A DNA stretch of 64,000 bases from Glycera tridactyla (lineage: Eukaryota). Shown here piece after piece: positions 1 to 13,742 of the stretch (its first letter is position 1; every line of letters starts with the position of its first letter). Position numbers and translations under genes: made by a program. The notes under the pieces are model-generated. The model saw only the letters and a program-made list of their open reading frames with translations. It ran no database searches and had not been told where the DNA came from. Location: NCBI GenBank assembly GCA_965644265.1, contig OZ286463.1, positions 96,472,001 through 96,536,000 of the forward strand. The letters are read 5' to 3'.

Positions 1-1900
1 CCAAAAAAATCGGGGAGATCTGCTGAGCCAAAAAATGATTATCACTGCTTTCACGAGTGGGGTCATCAGCTGTTGTGTATGTTACTTTTTTATAAGAATC
101 TCTCAAAAACACTCATAAATTGCTCAGAATTAACATTTATCATTATAAATCAATAAACTTTGTTCCAGGATGTCATTCCACACTACTTATTTCCTTCTCA
201 ATATCAGTCATTCAAAAGGATTTGAGCCAGAAATACAATGTCCGTCCTCAATCCTCAGGCGCTGTCTTTAATTTTTTTTCCTCTAAGCAATTACAATAAG
301 CATAAGTACCAAACTCATTATTCCATTTGAATACATATTGATGAGATGATGGGAACAGGGTTTTCTCATTCTCTGGAAAATTTGGGGAGTAATGAACATC
401 ATCTTATGTGTATGTTATTTTATGTGACGTATGTTACTGCTGACGCCAATTTTTTACACCCAAGTTATCTCATGTAAATTTCATTCAGTAATTGCCACCA
501 AAAGTAGCTAGTAGCTACATTTATCTTCACAGTAATCCAAATTTACATAATATCATTGAATAGGCTTGAAAACATTTGGACTTTCCAAGTTATCTGATTT
601 TATATGACCACTCTCAAGAAAAAAAGTCAAGGATAACATACATATTGGGTTGCAGCTCATGCAGATTATGTCAAAATAACATACATATGCTCACATTATC
701 CATATTCCTATACCACAGTCATCATTTGTGACCATCAGTGGATGAAAAAGCATGGATCATCCAAATGTTGAGCAACCGTCCAACAAGTTCAACTTTATCC
801 TGAGATCCCTTGGCTTTGTATCACCTAGTATATATGTATGTTATGCGAAGTTTGCATGTTACTATAATTTTGGATTGACATCCATGCACTTTTTCATCAA
901 CTATAAACCAGGTTATGAACGAAACCGGAAAAATATGTAGTGTCATGAATGCCTGGGGATCACATTTATAGGAGTGATCAATCCAAGATGGCACCTGTTG
1001 CTTGTAAACATGTTAGAACTCTGACCATAGGTATGTTATCCATTGACGGAAATGTCACCCTTTAAGTGCCAAATCATTTTTAGAGGTTGTTTATCACCTT
1101 GTTGAATCTTTTGAGCACTGGGTTGGTCATTGTAACAATATTTTCAAATGATCTGATGGTGATACACGAGTTGATTCATAGCAGAAATCAGTGGGATTGA
1201 ATGGTGAATTTGCACTCAAAAATTGACGGAATGGTAGAAACATACTGTGACGCAGTTCAGAGATGTCAGGGAGCTATTTATCTCTAATATTTGACGTGTC
1301 CCAAGGTTGTAAAATGAAGCCCTGCTATCGATTGTCAAGACTGAGTATGTTTGAGATCTTGGGATTATCTCGATCTGATATAGCACATCACCAAAGTAGG
1401 GTGGGATGTGGTGTTATGTTCTGTGCGGTCAAAAATGGCCAATTTTGGCCATTAAATTGCCTCTAACTTCACCAAAATTAGAGATATTCCTATCAAAATT
1501 GGACCACCAATTGTTTGAATCACATTACATCAGTCACCATGTTCAAATTCTGGGTGAAAGCTGCTGAATTTACATAAGATACATTTTTCGGTAGCTGGCC
1601 CCAATTTCGGAGAATTGGCCATATACCATATACAGTGGGATGTGTGACCAGAGGCTTCCAACATGAGACACCTCTGATGAGTGGAAGTCTCCCTATTTCT
1701 CATAGTTGGACAAAGTCAAACCTGCTTGAGACCATCTCTGTTCAAAGGTCATCTAAAAAGACCACCCAAAGATATCATGGCAATGTTTCCCATATCGAGA
1801 ATTGTCTAGAGACCATCATTCTTCCAAAGTCACTCATCGCATCCATGTGCTAGTCCAACTTTGACCTATTCAAGCAGTTCATCACATTCATCAATACTGT

Positions 1901-2077
1901 TAGTGAAACCTGCAACGAGAGACTGCCCCAACTGTTACCTAAAAGCGGTCTCTGAAAAGAGGTGGTCTCTCATCGGAGGTATATTCGACTATGTCAAATA
2001 AAAAAGCTGCTCTGAAATGCAGTCTCCCGTCAGAGGTGGTCTCTCATCAGGGAGGTCTCTTGTAACAGGTTTCACTC
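1901..2077. mobile_element. TA-type Tc1/mariner-pogo-like MITE (GAGACC family), degenerate ends
   Basis: AGTGAAACCTG ... CAGGTTTCACT inverted ends with repeated GAGGTGGTCTC motifs, shared with the other copies. Confidence 0.6.
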
Positions 2078-2141
2078 CAATAAGCTTCCTATTGCAGATA
2101 CTGTCATGTAAACTCACTCATCATTGTCTGATCTCTTGCAG

Positions 2142-2438
2142 GCTGTGTTTCACATAATCGGCCATAAAGCAGATCAGGATGCAAAGCGAGCAGTGACGAC
2201 TCGTGAAGGTCAACAATTTGCCGACTTCCACGGGCTACATTTTATGGAGACATCAGCAGTAACGGGACAAAATGTAGAAGAAGCATTCACTGCCATCACT
2301 AAAGATATCTACTCCATGCTTGAACAAGGTCAACTAAGAGTGGAAGAAGGCTGGGAAGGGATTAAAAATGGATACGCCCGTCCAAGAGAGACGTTCACAT
2401 TAATGGAAGGAGAAGTAGAAGGAGGAGGCTGCTGTTAA
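2142..2438 (+). CDS. RAB39: Terminal coding exon of a Rab39-like small GTPase (upstream exons not found in window)
   Basis: Acceptor ctcttgcAG at 2140-2141. The exon encodes GHKAD (Rab39-type G4 GHKxD), ETSA (G5), GWEGIKNGY (Rab39 GWEGVKSG-like motif) and a C-terminal GGCC prenylation motif, with TAA at 2436-2438. AATAAA at 2459-2464. Confidence 0.85.
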   Translation, partial: AVFHIIGHKADQDAKRAVTTREGQQFADFHGLHFMETSAVTGQNVEEAFTAITKDIYSMLEQGQLRVEEGWEGIKNGYARPRETFTLMEGEVEGGGCC

Positions 2439-4300
2439 GCAGGTTGCCTAGCAACCCCAATAAATGTTTGTTTCCGGGCAAATACTTGGCCGATGCTAGC
2501 AGGTATCAGGTCTTTACTGGCCGATTAACAAATATTGGTTGGGAACAAAATGCTCGAGACACCAAACCCTCTTCTGACTGGAAGTTCCTTCCACCTGATA
2601 TGTCACTGTCATTGTTCTGTTAGATCAAATCGAGGGCATAATATTTCCATTTTATATCTACCATTTTATCCAATAATTATGTACCTGTCATATTTGAATG
2701 TGATTGTTTAAATATGTTGACTGTACCCGGTCCCTATCTCAACAGAAATGAATTCATCCAAAACTTCCAGTTTATCCCACTTGAATGTCTCTAGCAATAG
2801 TTGACTTTTTTAGGTTGTTCATTGAGTCTCGCTCACCACATTATGGAGGCCTCACCACAGCAGGTCCTGCCGGTGTAGAACAGAGAGTAAATAACAAATA
2901 CAACAAACAACCACATTTAATGTGCTGGTCTGTACAGATCTCATGGATTTTGGCATTGTGATCTCCATGATATACTCTATATCTTATTGTGAAAATTTAC
3001 AATATTGGCTCATATAGCCATCATATTTGTTCAGTCATAGTCTAATTTGACAGTTGCTAACTGCTCGAAAGAGATACGATCTATATAATGCAGGAAGAGT
3101 TGTATTGCCTGTTGAAAAATACACTGGTTATTGTTATATTTTGTATGTATAACAGCAGATGTTCATGCTGGTACTCATTCAGATAACATTTGAGTGTAGA
3201 CCAGAGTTCAAGCCAAATGCTATTGATCTCTATTGATGATATCACAGCATGTATTTTCTGGGTCATTTCAGCTATCAATCTGAGTAGCACACTACGAGCA
3301 GTAGTTGGCCATTCTATGCCTGTACTCTTGGCAAGTATACCAGTCTTGACTTCCTCAGGTCACAATTCTGTTACGAAATAAAAATTATATCATTCCAAGG
3401 ATTCCAAGGTCCGTACAGTCGAACCTGCCGTAGCCATGCACTGTACTAAGGTAGAACCTTTCTGATGAAACCAGGCTGTAATCACCTCACCAGAGTATTT
3501 TCACTTAAATTCACCTGTACTAAGCATGCACCTGTTTTGAGCATGCACTTTTGTGTCTTCCTTTCGCTGCATTTGTTGGACATGTTTCACTACCCAAATC
3601 CTCAACATGACGGTGTCCCAGAATCTGGATGATAGTGTTTCTATTTGCTATAGTTTTCTCGGATCTTTATTGCTGCCAAACTTTCTTGCAAATTCAGTGC
3701 TAAAGATCTGAGAATGAAAGAGTTGGATATACTTTGTTCAGTCAAACCATCCATGATGTACATGCATGAATAGTCTGTGAAGATGAAAACATGTACATTC
3801 AAGCCAACAATGATGTATATGAATGGATGGTCTGTGAAGATGAAAACATTTGAACTCATGGAGGTTTCACACCAGTTTATTTACAGCTGACCGTGGAAGT
3901 CCTTGCTCAGTGTTGCATGTCATGGCATATGCATGCTTGGGTGTGCAGAGCTTTTAGAGAGCACCTCACAGACTGTTGTAGAGTGCACACCATCAGCTGA
4001 TATTGATTCTGAAATCACAGCATGGCAGTCAGTTGTTGAAAGTTACAGCAGAGTGGTTTTATCACTATAGCAACACTTTCTTTTGTAATACTCCTCCTCT
4101 TTTATCTGATCAGGTCACTAGCATAATCTGAATCACATTTATATATTGAAAGCATTTAAATTTATTCCAATGGGCTGTTTGCTTCAGCCAGCCTTTTGGC
4201 AGTAAAAGACATCTCCATTCTTTGGGAATTAATTGCTTTGGACTGATAGTTGCATAGTCAGTTAAACCATCTAAAGGTTTGTTTATATTATTGCATGTAT

Positions 4301-4594
4301 GGAGGGGTGTGTCTAAACAGACAGCTACTTCCTATTGACAACCTGTCTGGTTCCCTATCATCTAATGTTCAGGGTTTGTGGTCATGATGCCTGGAGGGGA
4401 CAGAATATCCAGCTTTCATAGATCAGAAAGATACATAATCCTTTGGGTTGACACATGCTGTTTAATTCCAACCTGTCAGTCTTCCATTCTTCAGCAACCT
4501 CTCTAGTTCCCTGTCATCTTGTGTTCAGGGTTTGTGAGGATGATACCTGGTGTACAAAATCCTTCGGGTTGATACATGCCGTTGAACTCTAACC
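4301..4594 (+). mobile_element. SINE-like family B, one full copy (4301-4473) plus a tandem partial copy (4505-4594)
   Basis: Family consensus GAGGTGTGTCTGAACTGTCAGCTACTTCC...CATCATCTTGTGTTCAGGGTTTGTGAG...CATAATCCTCTGGGTTGATACATGCCGTTAAAC plus an A/C-rich tail. Other copies at about 9581-9772, 10717-10814, 11455-11553, 32027-32130, 41322-41430, 50091-50280, 53971-54176 and 63061-63090. Confidence 0.7.
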
Positions 4595-5409
4595 TATCAT
4601 CCATTTTTCAGCAACCACTTTCACACTGGGTTTGTCAGCCACTGTGACTAGTTTGTCATCATCAAGTTTACCATGCAGAAAGTGGACACAATGAGACCCT
4701 ATTTGTTGCAGAATCGTTAATGACAGTCGTGGCATCTACTCCAGACAGAAGGAGCTTGATGGCTCGGACTATACTCAATTCCATCACACATACTAGTGTC
4801 ATGTCATGGCATCAGTGTACTTAGATCATGTATCATTAAACAGCCCAGAAAAAATAAAGAAGACACAAATTCCATTGTTGCATCTCCATACTGCTCTACA
4901 CAAGGAGTATGGGATTCAACAGAAAACTTGTAAAAACCCTATTTCTGAATGGTCTGCTTAGATATTTATGTTTTGTTAATGAAGCCTGCAACAGAAAGCC
5001 AAATATGGTGGACTTGTAATCCAGTATCGTAAAGCTTGTGGTCACTTACTGAACAGGATTTTATCATATCATATCGGATTTTTTTTGTTGAAAAGTGGTC
5101 TGTTATTGGATTCATTGTCATGAGTCTGGCTGGATTTGAAAAAAAAATCTGCTTATTTGTAAACATATATATTTTATGCAATCTTTTCTTCGAGAAGGCT
5201 GAATGCTCTTATGGTTGAATCATGTATCTGGCAGAACCTCAATAGATTTGAATGTCTGATGATCCAGAAATGTGATTCATGAAAACATTCATTTTTCAGC
5301 TCATTTAAAATGAAATTCTGTTAGTCTTCTCCTTCTCTAACAGCTCTCCAAATGATTCAGCTGAGATTTGTTTTGAGAGAATGTGAACCCAAAAAAATGT
5401 TTTCGTATA

Positions 5410-5544
5410 CAGTGGAACTTGTGATGAGCACACTTCCTGAATTCCTTAATCTACTTGCAATGGAATGATAGAAGTGTTCTGGAGATGTGCTTGCTCATCA
5501 CAGGTGTTTCCTTGTCAAATTTATGCCCATTGCAAGTTCAACTG
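5410..5544. mobile_element. TA-flanked Tc1/mariner-pogo-like MITE
   Basis: TA|CAGTGGAACTTG ... CAAGTTCAACTG|TA. Confidence 0.65.
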
Positions 5545-8220
5545 TATACAGTCATGATAACGATGAATGATCATGGAAGGTGGAGCTTATAACAGTTTGA
5601 GTATTTATTCTAGGGTGAACTGTATTTGTGATACTTGAGTATGTGATACAGGCCATGCTATCTCCTATGATGGAATCATCGTCAGAACAAGCTCTTGGAT
5701 CCTGTGTTAGCTATGAACCATTTCTCTCTTGACGATATCCTATCGGAGAGGCTGAGCAGAGTTTTTTCCAACATCGTTTCAAATTAAATGTGTCTTACTT
5801 ATCAACTAGCTTTGTTTGCTGAACAATGTAGTATTACTGTAGCACCAATGACAGCTGAAGTTATATCTTGTTTTGAAAATGAAATGTCAACAAAATGTGA
5901 GTAAGTAAGTAAGTGAGTATGCTCTTATTTATACTCGGGGGAAGACCAGCACCCTGATTTCAAAAACCATAAATAGTTGAAAAGCAGTGTGTTAGTGGTC
6001 ATGGCCATTTTTGATTGAGGCTATGAACAGGTAGTTTCCATCGCCATTCTTCATATGTGAAGAAATTTCAATCTGTATATTAGTAACCTCAGCAATCATA
6101 TGATTGAGAATTTCTAGAACTATAAATTTCTAAACAGATCCAAGTTTTCGTTAGGTTTTATCCTTCCATGTCATCAAAACACAAGGTACACAATTTGATA
6201 TGGTCAGAGTGAGATATGATTTGCTCTGATGAAATATGACTGTGACTCATAGTAGGGCAGATCCCGGGCATTCGAGCATTTGGTGCTGTACCAGCACTGG
6301 GCCACTGCTGCCAAATATAACAGCAATACTGGCCTTATTTTGGTAATACATTCATCAAAATATACAGGTAATTCAAAAATGGTGGCAACTTTACTAAAAT
6401 TATCAAATGTCCATAATCCATGTCTGTTTTCATCTCTCTCTATCTCTGCCTGCCTCCCTTTTCATAACTCTGGGCTGTTTGATTGATGGTCAGGCAGGTT
6501 GTTAAGCTAACATCTGTCTCATGTATTTTGTCATATAACTCACATTCTTGTATTTATCATGTCTGCGCTTTATTTATTCCAATGTGGGATGAGATTGTCT
6601 TGTTGAAGTATGATTTGTTTGCACATGCTGATGATATTTCTCAGTACAGTATTACCTGCGACTCTGGCAGTTGTTGCTCTGTGTTGATTCTTTGTTGCTT
6701 CTGGGTGGGAGGACATTCTCGCAAGATAGATTCTTGAACAATCACTAGGTCTAGTCATGTGTATATTTGAATGAGAGAGAAAAGGTCTAATGTACTTGGT
6801 TACAAAGCTAGGCATCCAATTCTCTGAGATACTGTATATTGCTAAATATATGCGCAGTGCACAAAGGCATATACAATATAGTCAAGTGCCCTGCACATCT
6901 ATTTGGCACGGAATCTGAGGATAAATCAATTGCGCCTAATGGCACCCTAATTGCTATTGAAGATGCCAGCCTTCTGTTTTTATCGTGCATATACGATTAT
7001 TCAGCTTTTTCAGTGTTTGAAACCACCTCATCATAGATTGAATACAGGGTGAGTGTCTAACTAGGTATTGACGTCTATATGACGATATACGGTAAATAGG
7101 GAGATGCTATCTACTGTATGATCATGCTGATATAAACATGCCCCAGCTATGTATATTGCCAGATTTTCACCATGCACAAAACAAGACTATAATTCACTGA
7201 CTTACCACGGAAATATCAAATTACATATCCAGAAACCAACATTACTGGTGCAGTTATACAGTGATGGATCATAAAAAGTACAGTCACTGGCATTGTTCAG
7301 TTAAAGGAAATATATGCGACTACTTGTACAAAAAGGTCCTTAATAAGCAAGTCGAAAGGAATTCACCAGCGCTAGACATTTGGAATACATGTACTGGGCA
7401 GTGTATGACACACATTGTATTTCTAGCGTTCTCAGTACATCTCAGCTGCAGCCTTCATCCAGTCTTGCAGTTCCGTGTTGTGATTTGTGTTGACCAGTCG
7501 CATACATGTGGCGTTATTTTTGTTATGGCGTCTTAACGACATCGCTAGGATGTTGTTGTGTTAACATATCATGTCATATTACAGTTGCACCTGTACAGCA
7601 GCATTCCAAATTAGAAATTTTGCCATCAAGAGCTGCACCAGCACTTGAATCATGAATTGGGACAGGGGTGGGAATTGCTATCATTTTCACTACTGATGGT
7701 TTGGTGAGTTTACCTATAGGCGGTAGTTTCAAATCACTTGCATTATACACAGATATACCAGCAGGTAACCTGATGGTGGTCTCATGTATGATGGGTCGGT
7801 TTGAGAAATCCACACACATACACTACATGTACTCCTATCTGAAATATTGGCAAGTTTCACGCAAGAGCTGGCATTTCATGTTTGTGAGCTATGATTCAAG
7901 ATTGCAGAGATGCCAACTAATATGATATCAGAGTGAAGCGTATGTTTTTCAATCCAAAATTCCCCCATTCACTCTTAGAAAATTATAATCATTTTCCTTG
8001 ATTATTGCAAATACTGGCAACATTACTAATTTGTGTCATTGAAGGTTGGCACTCCAGATTGGTCTCGCTTGACTTCCATCTGTTTTTATATGTCAGTAAA
8101 GGGAGAGATTAGAGGTGGATATCTGAAATCAATAAAAGCTTAATAGATTTGATCCTGCAATGAACAAGCATGTTGGAGACCTTAAAAGTTGGTCCCACTA
8201 GACAGATGCTTGCTGGTCGC

Positions 8221-8221
<1 letters not shown>

Positions 8222-8251
<30 letters not shown>
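8222..8251. repeat. (AT)n microsatellite
   Basis: Direct reading. Confidence 0.95.
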
Positions 8252-8255
<4 letters not shown>

Positions 8256-9580
8256 ATGGAATTTGCTAGAAAAAACGCTTGTTCATCACATGTCGTTTCT
8301 TATCACAGGCTTGCTTGTTGCAGATTCCGCTTTAGAACATTTTCAAATAGTAATTGACCGACCATTTGTGTATGATATTTAGATAACAAACCATGCAGCA
8401 TATCAATCCTATCCTATAGCATATGAGAAGTTGGGGAGGGGAACAAGGTTATATGGTAGGCCAACTTACTACAGAATATATCTATCATGATTCATTACCA
8501 TTTGAGTTCCCTCAGAACTTTATTGTTGACACCTCATGTAAGCATGTATAGATACATACACATACCTTCATTATGCAAACCCATGCTTTTTAATCAGTGA
8601 GAGTTACATTGATTGGCAGTTCCAGTATGAACCCTCTAGATCGCAAAACTTAGCCAGAGGATCCAAGTTAAGCAGCTGTGGAACAAAGCTAATATAAAAA
8701 TGGATGTATGTCCATAGAACGGCAAACTAAAATTTCTGCTAGATACAGGAGAACATATGAGAAATTATCTATATGAAAAATCAATTAGTTTAGCCACAAA
8801 AGTCTAAAAATGAACTTTATACATATATTATGATCTTCAGATGACAGCAAGTAGAACAAATGTTCCTGAAACGTCTGAATGATAGGTGCTTATTTGAAGA
8901 ATCCTAAGTATGAGATGTACGTGCAAAGTTGCTGTATTGTTGGGAATACATAGCAGGTGTCTGGATTTAAAGTTCATGTGGTCAGTTCCAGTAAGAGTAA
9001 GCCCACTATATTACTGATTTAATATCACTCTGGTGAAACAGTCCACTGAAAATTCGAGTATTCATGATATCTGTATCAATATAACAAAGTCATATTGTTG
9101 TTCATTTGGCTTCATAAATTGCAAGCTGTGATGGCAGACTACCCTGAATGTCACAAAAATGTGGTCCTACAAAACAGGTGGACTCTCATCAGAAGGTGCC
9201 CCATCAAAGTTTCCACTAAACCATATGTACCCCTACCATGTATCAAAAGTTTGAAGAATGCGGAGCTGTGGCATATGCAGCGGTGATACATGAAGATGTA
9301 TGTATACTCTGGTTTGTGATAATAACATTTACACATACTCATCTCTGTACTCAATACATAGTGGATTTTCTGAGTGATTCCTATCTGACTTAACATTTTT
9401 GATTATGCTTTATTGCACTTCTTAGGATTGATATGGATGTAAGGGAACTGTAAGATACATTTGTGATTTTCTGATATTTCAAAAAATAAATGTACATCGA
9501 CAGAGTTGATCCTTGCAAAATGTGCTTGGTGGATATGGCCCAGCTAGTTACTTAGTCTTGGTTCATTTGTATCATTATGT

Positions 9581-9772
9581 GTAGGTGAAGGTGTGTCTGA
9601 ACTGTCAGCTACCTCCACTCAAGAATCTTTTTGGCTCCTCATCATCTTGTGTTTAGGGTTTATAAGAGTTATGCCTGCATGTGACAGAGCATCCAGCTTT
9701 CATGGATCCAGGACTCATGGTGAACATAATCCTCTGGGTTGATACTTACTGTTAAACACCAACCAATCAATC
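9581..9772 (+). mobile_element. SINE-like family B copy
   Basis: Collinear with the 50091-50280 copy over its whole length; ends GTTAAACACCAACCAATCAATC. Confidence 0.7.
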
Positions 9773-9897
9773 CATCCCCATTATCCATTGCTATACCTGA
9801 CAAGATATCTGGTTCTTGGTCGACCATCCTTTACGTAGGCTGCATATTCTCACACTGCTTATACCCAGGTTCAATGAATATTGTTTTCATGGTCAGG

Positions 9898-9980
9898 GTG
9901 TGAGTGTGTGTGATGTAAGTGTGTGAGTGTGATTGTGTGTGTGTGGGGGGGGGGGGGGGGGAGGAGGGGGGGGGGGGGGT
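9898..9980 (+). repeat. (GT)n running into poly-G tracts
   Basis: Direct reading. Confidence 0.9.
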
Positions 9981-12900
9981 GCAAGAAGATTATCTCTGGT
10001 AGTCAATATTTTCTGAACCATAGACCATTGAACCTGCTTGTCACCATTTCATCATTAAGCGAAAGAACAACAACGGCAAAAGCATTTCACTATTCCTTTT
10101 CAGAAGTTTCTTGCAGAAATGATTGTCATTGTCAAGTTATTTCAAATGACGATATTTTGTTGATTTTATTATACTGGGGTTTGTTTCTTGAACAAGATCT
10201 CAGACCTGGATGTGATGCAAAACCCTGGTCCATATAGCATCTTGTTCTTTGTGCGATGATTTCAAATTATGTCTCATTTGTTGTTGCAGTTGTAGAAATA
10301 TATTTTCTATATTTTATAAGTACAGTATGTGTTTTCTGTTTGTGAATGCTGATTCCTGAACAGCTGAAATGACTAATGTCTATGATGTACATTTCATTAA
10401 TGACTTACCACAATGCACATGATGGTCACGCTTGTTTTCTGTTAGTATGTTTTGTATTTTTGCTGTGTCTTCCATATTTTGAGGGACATTACTGTGCACA
10501 TGTGGATGCTAATATTTATTTGTGTGTAATAGTCACTGTTCGATTCACCTGATCATGGACATGATGAATATCTGTAATAGTTCCATTGTGTTTTCAAAAC
10601 AAAAAATTCTGATCCTATCTAAAATCATCCATCAGTTCGATTTTTAAGAAGACTTTCTTGCAAATGCATGACACCCGACTGCCTGATAATATTGCTAGAC
10701 ATGTGGTTTCTAAGATTGATGCCTGCGGAGGACAGTGCATGCAGCTTTCAATGATCTGGAACACATGGCTTTCATGATCCATTGGGTTGGTGCACGCCAT
10801 TAAACCAGTCAATCATGTCAAAGCACCGAGCTTGAAAGTAGAAGGGTAGGTTGCTCGTAGTTAACCCACAAACCAACAAACTGACCAACCAACAAACCAA
10901 CCAAACTGGGGAATTGCTCCGAATGAATATGGGCAACAAAAACTGGGAAGTGATGTCAAATTCATTGCATGAAAATTTGTATAAACATAGAATTGGATGA
11001 GTCACCTACTGCTGATATTGATTTGCTCGAAGAAAAGCCTCACCTTTGGCTTGCCCTATGTCATAGTGTACATGTGTATTTTCCTTGGCAGATGTTTGGA
11101 TCTGCGTGGTCAGCAAAATTTGGCCAAAATGGGCTGTGCAGTGTTTTCTGTTGTGGACCAATCATGTACCTGAGATCACAATGAGTATACCCACCATGTG
11201 AAATCCTCAAGTGATCCAGCATGAACTGATGTTCTGCGCTTTGATGACATTATGTGGTATCAATCACCCCTGATGTCTGGCAGGCACTAGCAAAATAACT
11301 GGTTGATCCTTTACAAGATTGGGATTTGGATTGTTGCTTTCATCAGTGTAGTTATCTTCTCTGTGTGCCTGTATAAGTTGTCAAAATCTTTAGACTTGAA
11401 TATCAGCCTCCAACTAGTCTCATAGTTAGTTCTGCCGTTCAAAGGTTAATCTGGGTAGGTAGAGGTGTGTCTGAACTGACCGCTACTTCCTCTCAACAGC
11501 CTCCCTGGTTCGCCATCATCTGGTGTTCAGGGTTTGTCAGGGATGCTTGCAGGTCAGCACTTATCCATTCTGTTGGACTGTAAGCTGTCAATCATGAATA
11601 AGTGTTGGGGGGGGGGGGGGGTGCTTGTGATTATTGTGCATTACTTGCCAATTAGTTCCAGGGGCTCTTGGGGTATCGTTCACTGGAATCTTGAGTACTT
11701 TCAAATTTTCAGTACAAACTTTCATTTGCTATGGTTTCTCATACAACACTATAGCAATTGGGAGAATCTACTGAGTTACTGAGTGCACCTATGATGTATA
11801 GACTGGGGCCCGGCCTCATTGTTACATTGCAGATCCATTTTAGTGGGTTTACTTTTGTGGGTTTAGTTTTTGTGAATGGAGATCACATCTCACCTACTCT
11901 GTGATTAGAATGTGTGTTATAGTTTCTCTGGCTGTTTTGTATTCAGCTATTCTTGATAAAATCCACCTGGATGACTGACAGATGTTCTTTTCCAATTTCT
12001 CAACAAATTTGGTATGACCGACTACTGGTATGCCTATACATGAAATTTTTGTAAAGTTTAGTGCTAAATTTCAGTCTTCCTACCAGTCGGATAATTGTCT
12101 TTGCTAAGCTCAGTAAATTAGCCGCGAAAAATCAGAAGTACCGGTAAGAGAGAAGACAGGCTACACAAGAGTCGATCATGTCCCTCTCTGCAAACTGTGA
12201 GAACCTTGTTTCAGGGCCCAGCACCCAGGCTTGATGTCCTTTTGGATATTGCCTCAGGCATTCTCAATATACAGTTGAACTGCCATGAGTTGCAGCATGG
12301 GAGTGAATTAGCACAAGAAATCTTGTCTTCGGTATGTTGTATTGCATTTAAGCGTTATGCATGTCCCAATCTGGATGCATGTCATTCCATGCAGATAAAA
12401 GGTTTGACTGGGAGATCATTCGAAATTATGGAAGTAAACAAAATCATCAAACATCTCCACTATCAATATGCAGAAATCATAGAGAAGCAATGATGTGTGC
12501 GAATCCCTTGTGGCAAATTCCAAGTTTCTGAACTGCATAAACTGGCAGGTTAACAATGTGGCCTCAAGAATGATGCACTCAAATATCAGAAAACCAGCAG
12601 ATAATTCCACATTTTGGAATGACTATGAATATCTATATTCGCACAGAGATCACATAGACAATGCTTCCACTAGACAAAATGTGGTCAGATTCGTGTTGAG
12701 GTCTGTGCTACTTTGAGGATGCTGCTACATACTCAGATCCAGGTCCATCTTGTCGCTTTCTTTAGAAACCATGGTCTCCATATAAGATGCGAATCACGGT
12801 TTTCTCAATAGCACCTGCGGGATACCATCATTGATATTCCTGCTGACTGTGATTCTTAAAATGTGATTCACTTGAAAGACAAGCAACTCAATCTAAACAA

Positions 12901-13589
12901 ATATGAGGTACAGCTGTGGAGTACCACAGGGTGAAATATGTCTTACATGTGCACAGGACTGAAGGACATCGTGAAATAATGAATTAGATTGTGCTGTGGA
13001 CCAAAGATGTGCCATATTGAGCAGAATATAAGGGTATGGGATACATCTTGTATATTCCACAGAAAGGGGTGATAGCACATATGATAATCATGTAAACCCT
13101 GATGCATTCAGTGCTCTGGAGATCCAGAACTAAATACCCAGAGCTATTATACCCATCATTCACTGATATATCACTTGCACTATTCCTTGCTATGGGACAT
13201 CTCAACATCCTTGCAGTTTCCTTCAGAGGGGAGAATCGATGGCAAAGATTTGTTATCTTGCCCAGTGTGTGTATAAATTTTCAATTGCTATGGCATCTGT
13301 TGAGTATGCTATCAATTTGAGATCTCAGGTCATCGATCTTCACTGAAAATATCCTTAGAAGCAAGTTTTGAAACTGTGATGGCATAAACTCCACATGTAA
13401 CACATTATTGGTAATAATCATCTCTGCCATGAATTAGCCTGGTTCAGTGCAATATCCATGTTCTATATTAGTGTGTATATCTGTGTCAGTGTCTGTGTCT
13501 GGTGTAACCTTAATGGGGTGAAATCCTTGTCTGGGATATTGTGCTTTTCTACATTCTCATGACCTCAATAATGCCTTGTGCAATATCAG

Positions 13590-13742
13590 NNNNNNNNNNN
13601 NNNNNNNNNNNNNNNNNNNNNNNNNNNNNNNNNNNNNNNNNNNNNNNNNNNNNNNNNNNNNNNNNNNNNNNNNNNNNNNNNNNNNNNNNNNNNNNNNNNN
13701 NNNNNNNNNNNNNNNNNNNNNNNNNNNNNNNNNNNNNNNNNN
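13590..13742. other. Assembly gap (N run)
   Basis: 153 N. Confidence 1.

Noticed and set aside
1263-1466. SLIFDVSQ as a possible upstream Rab exon (LLVFDIT-like)
   Set aside because: No YYR/WL motifs and no usable splice sites; probably chance.
3081-7820. Several coding-looking stretches (3081-3360, 5630-5900, 7574-7819)
   Set aside because: Interrupted by stops, with no family motif recognised; likely decayed repeats or UTR.
13100-13210. SGYLVLDLQS resembling REC114, which would make the 20369 exon a REC114 start
   Set aside because: No convincing splice sites flank it, and no other REC114-like exons (FRVQF, FPAFVEEVE) were found.
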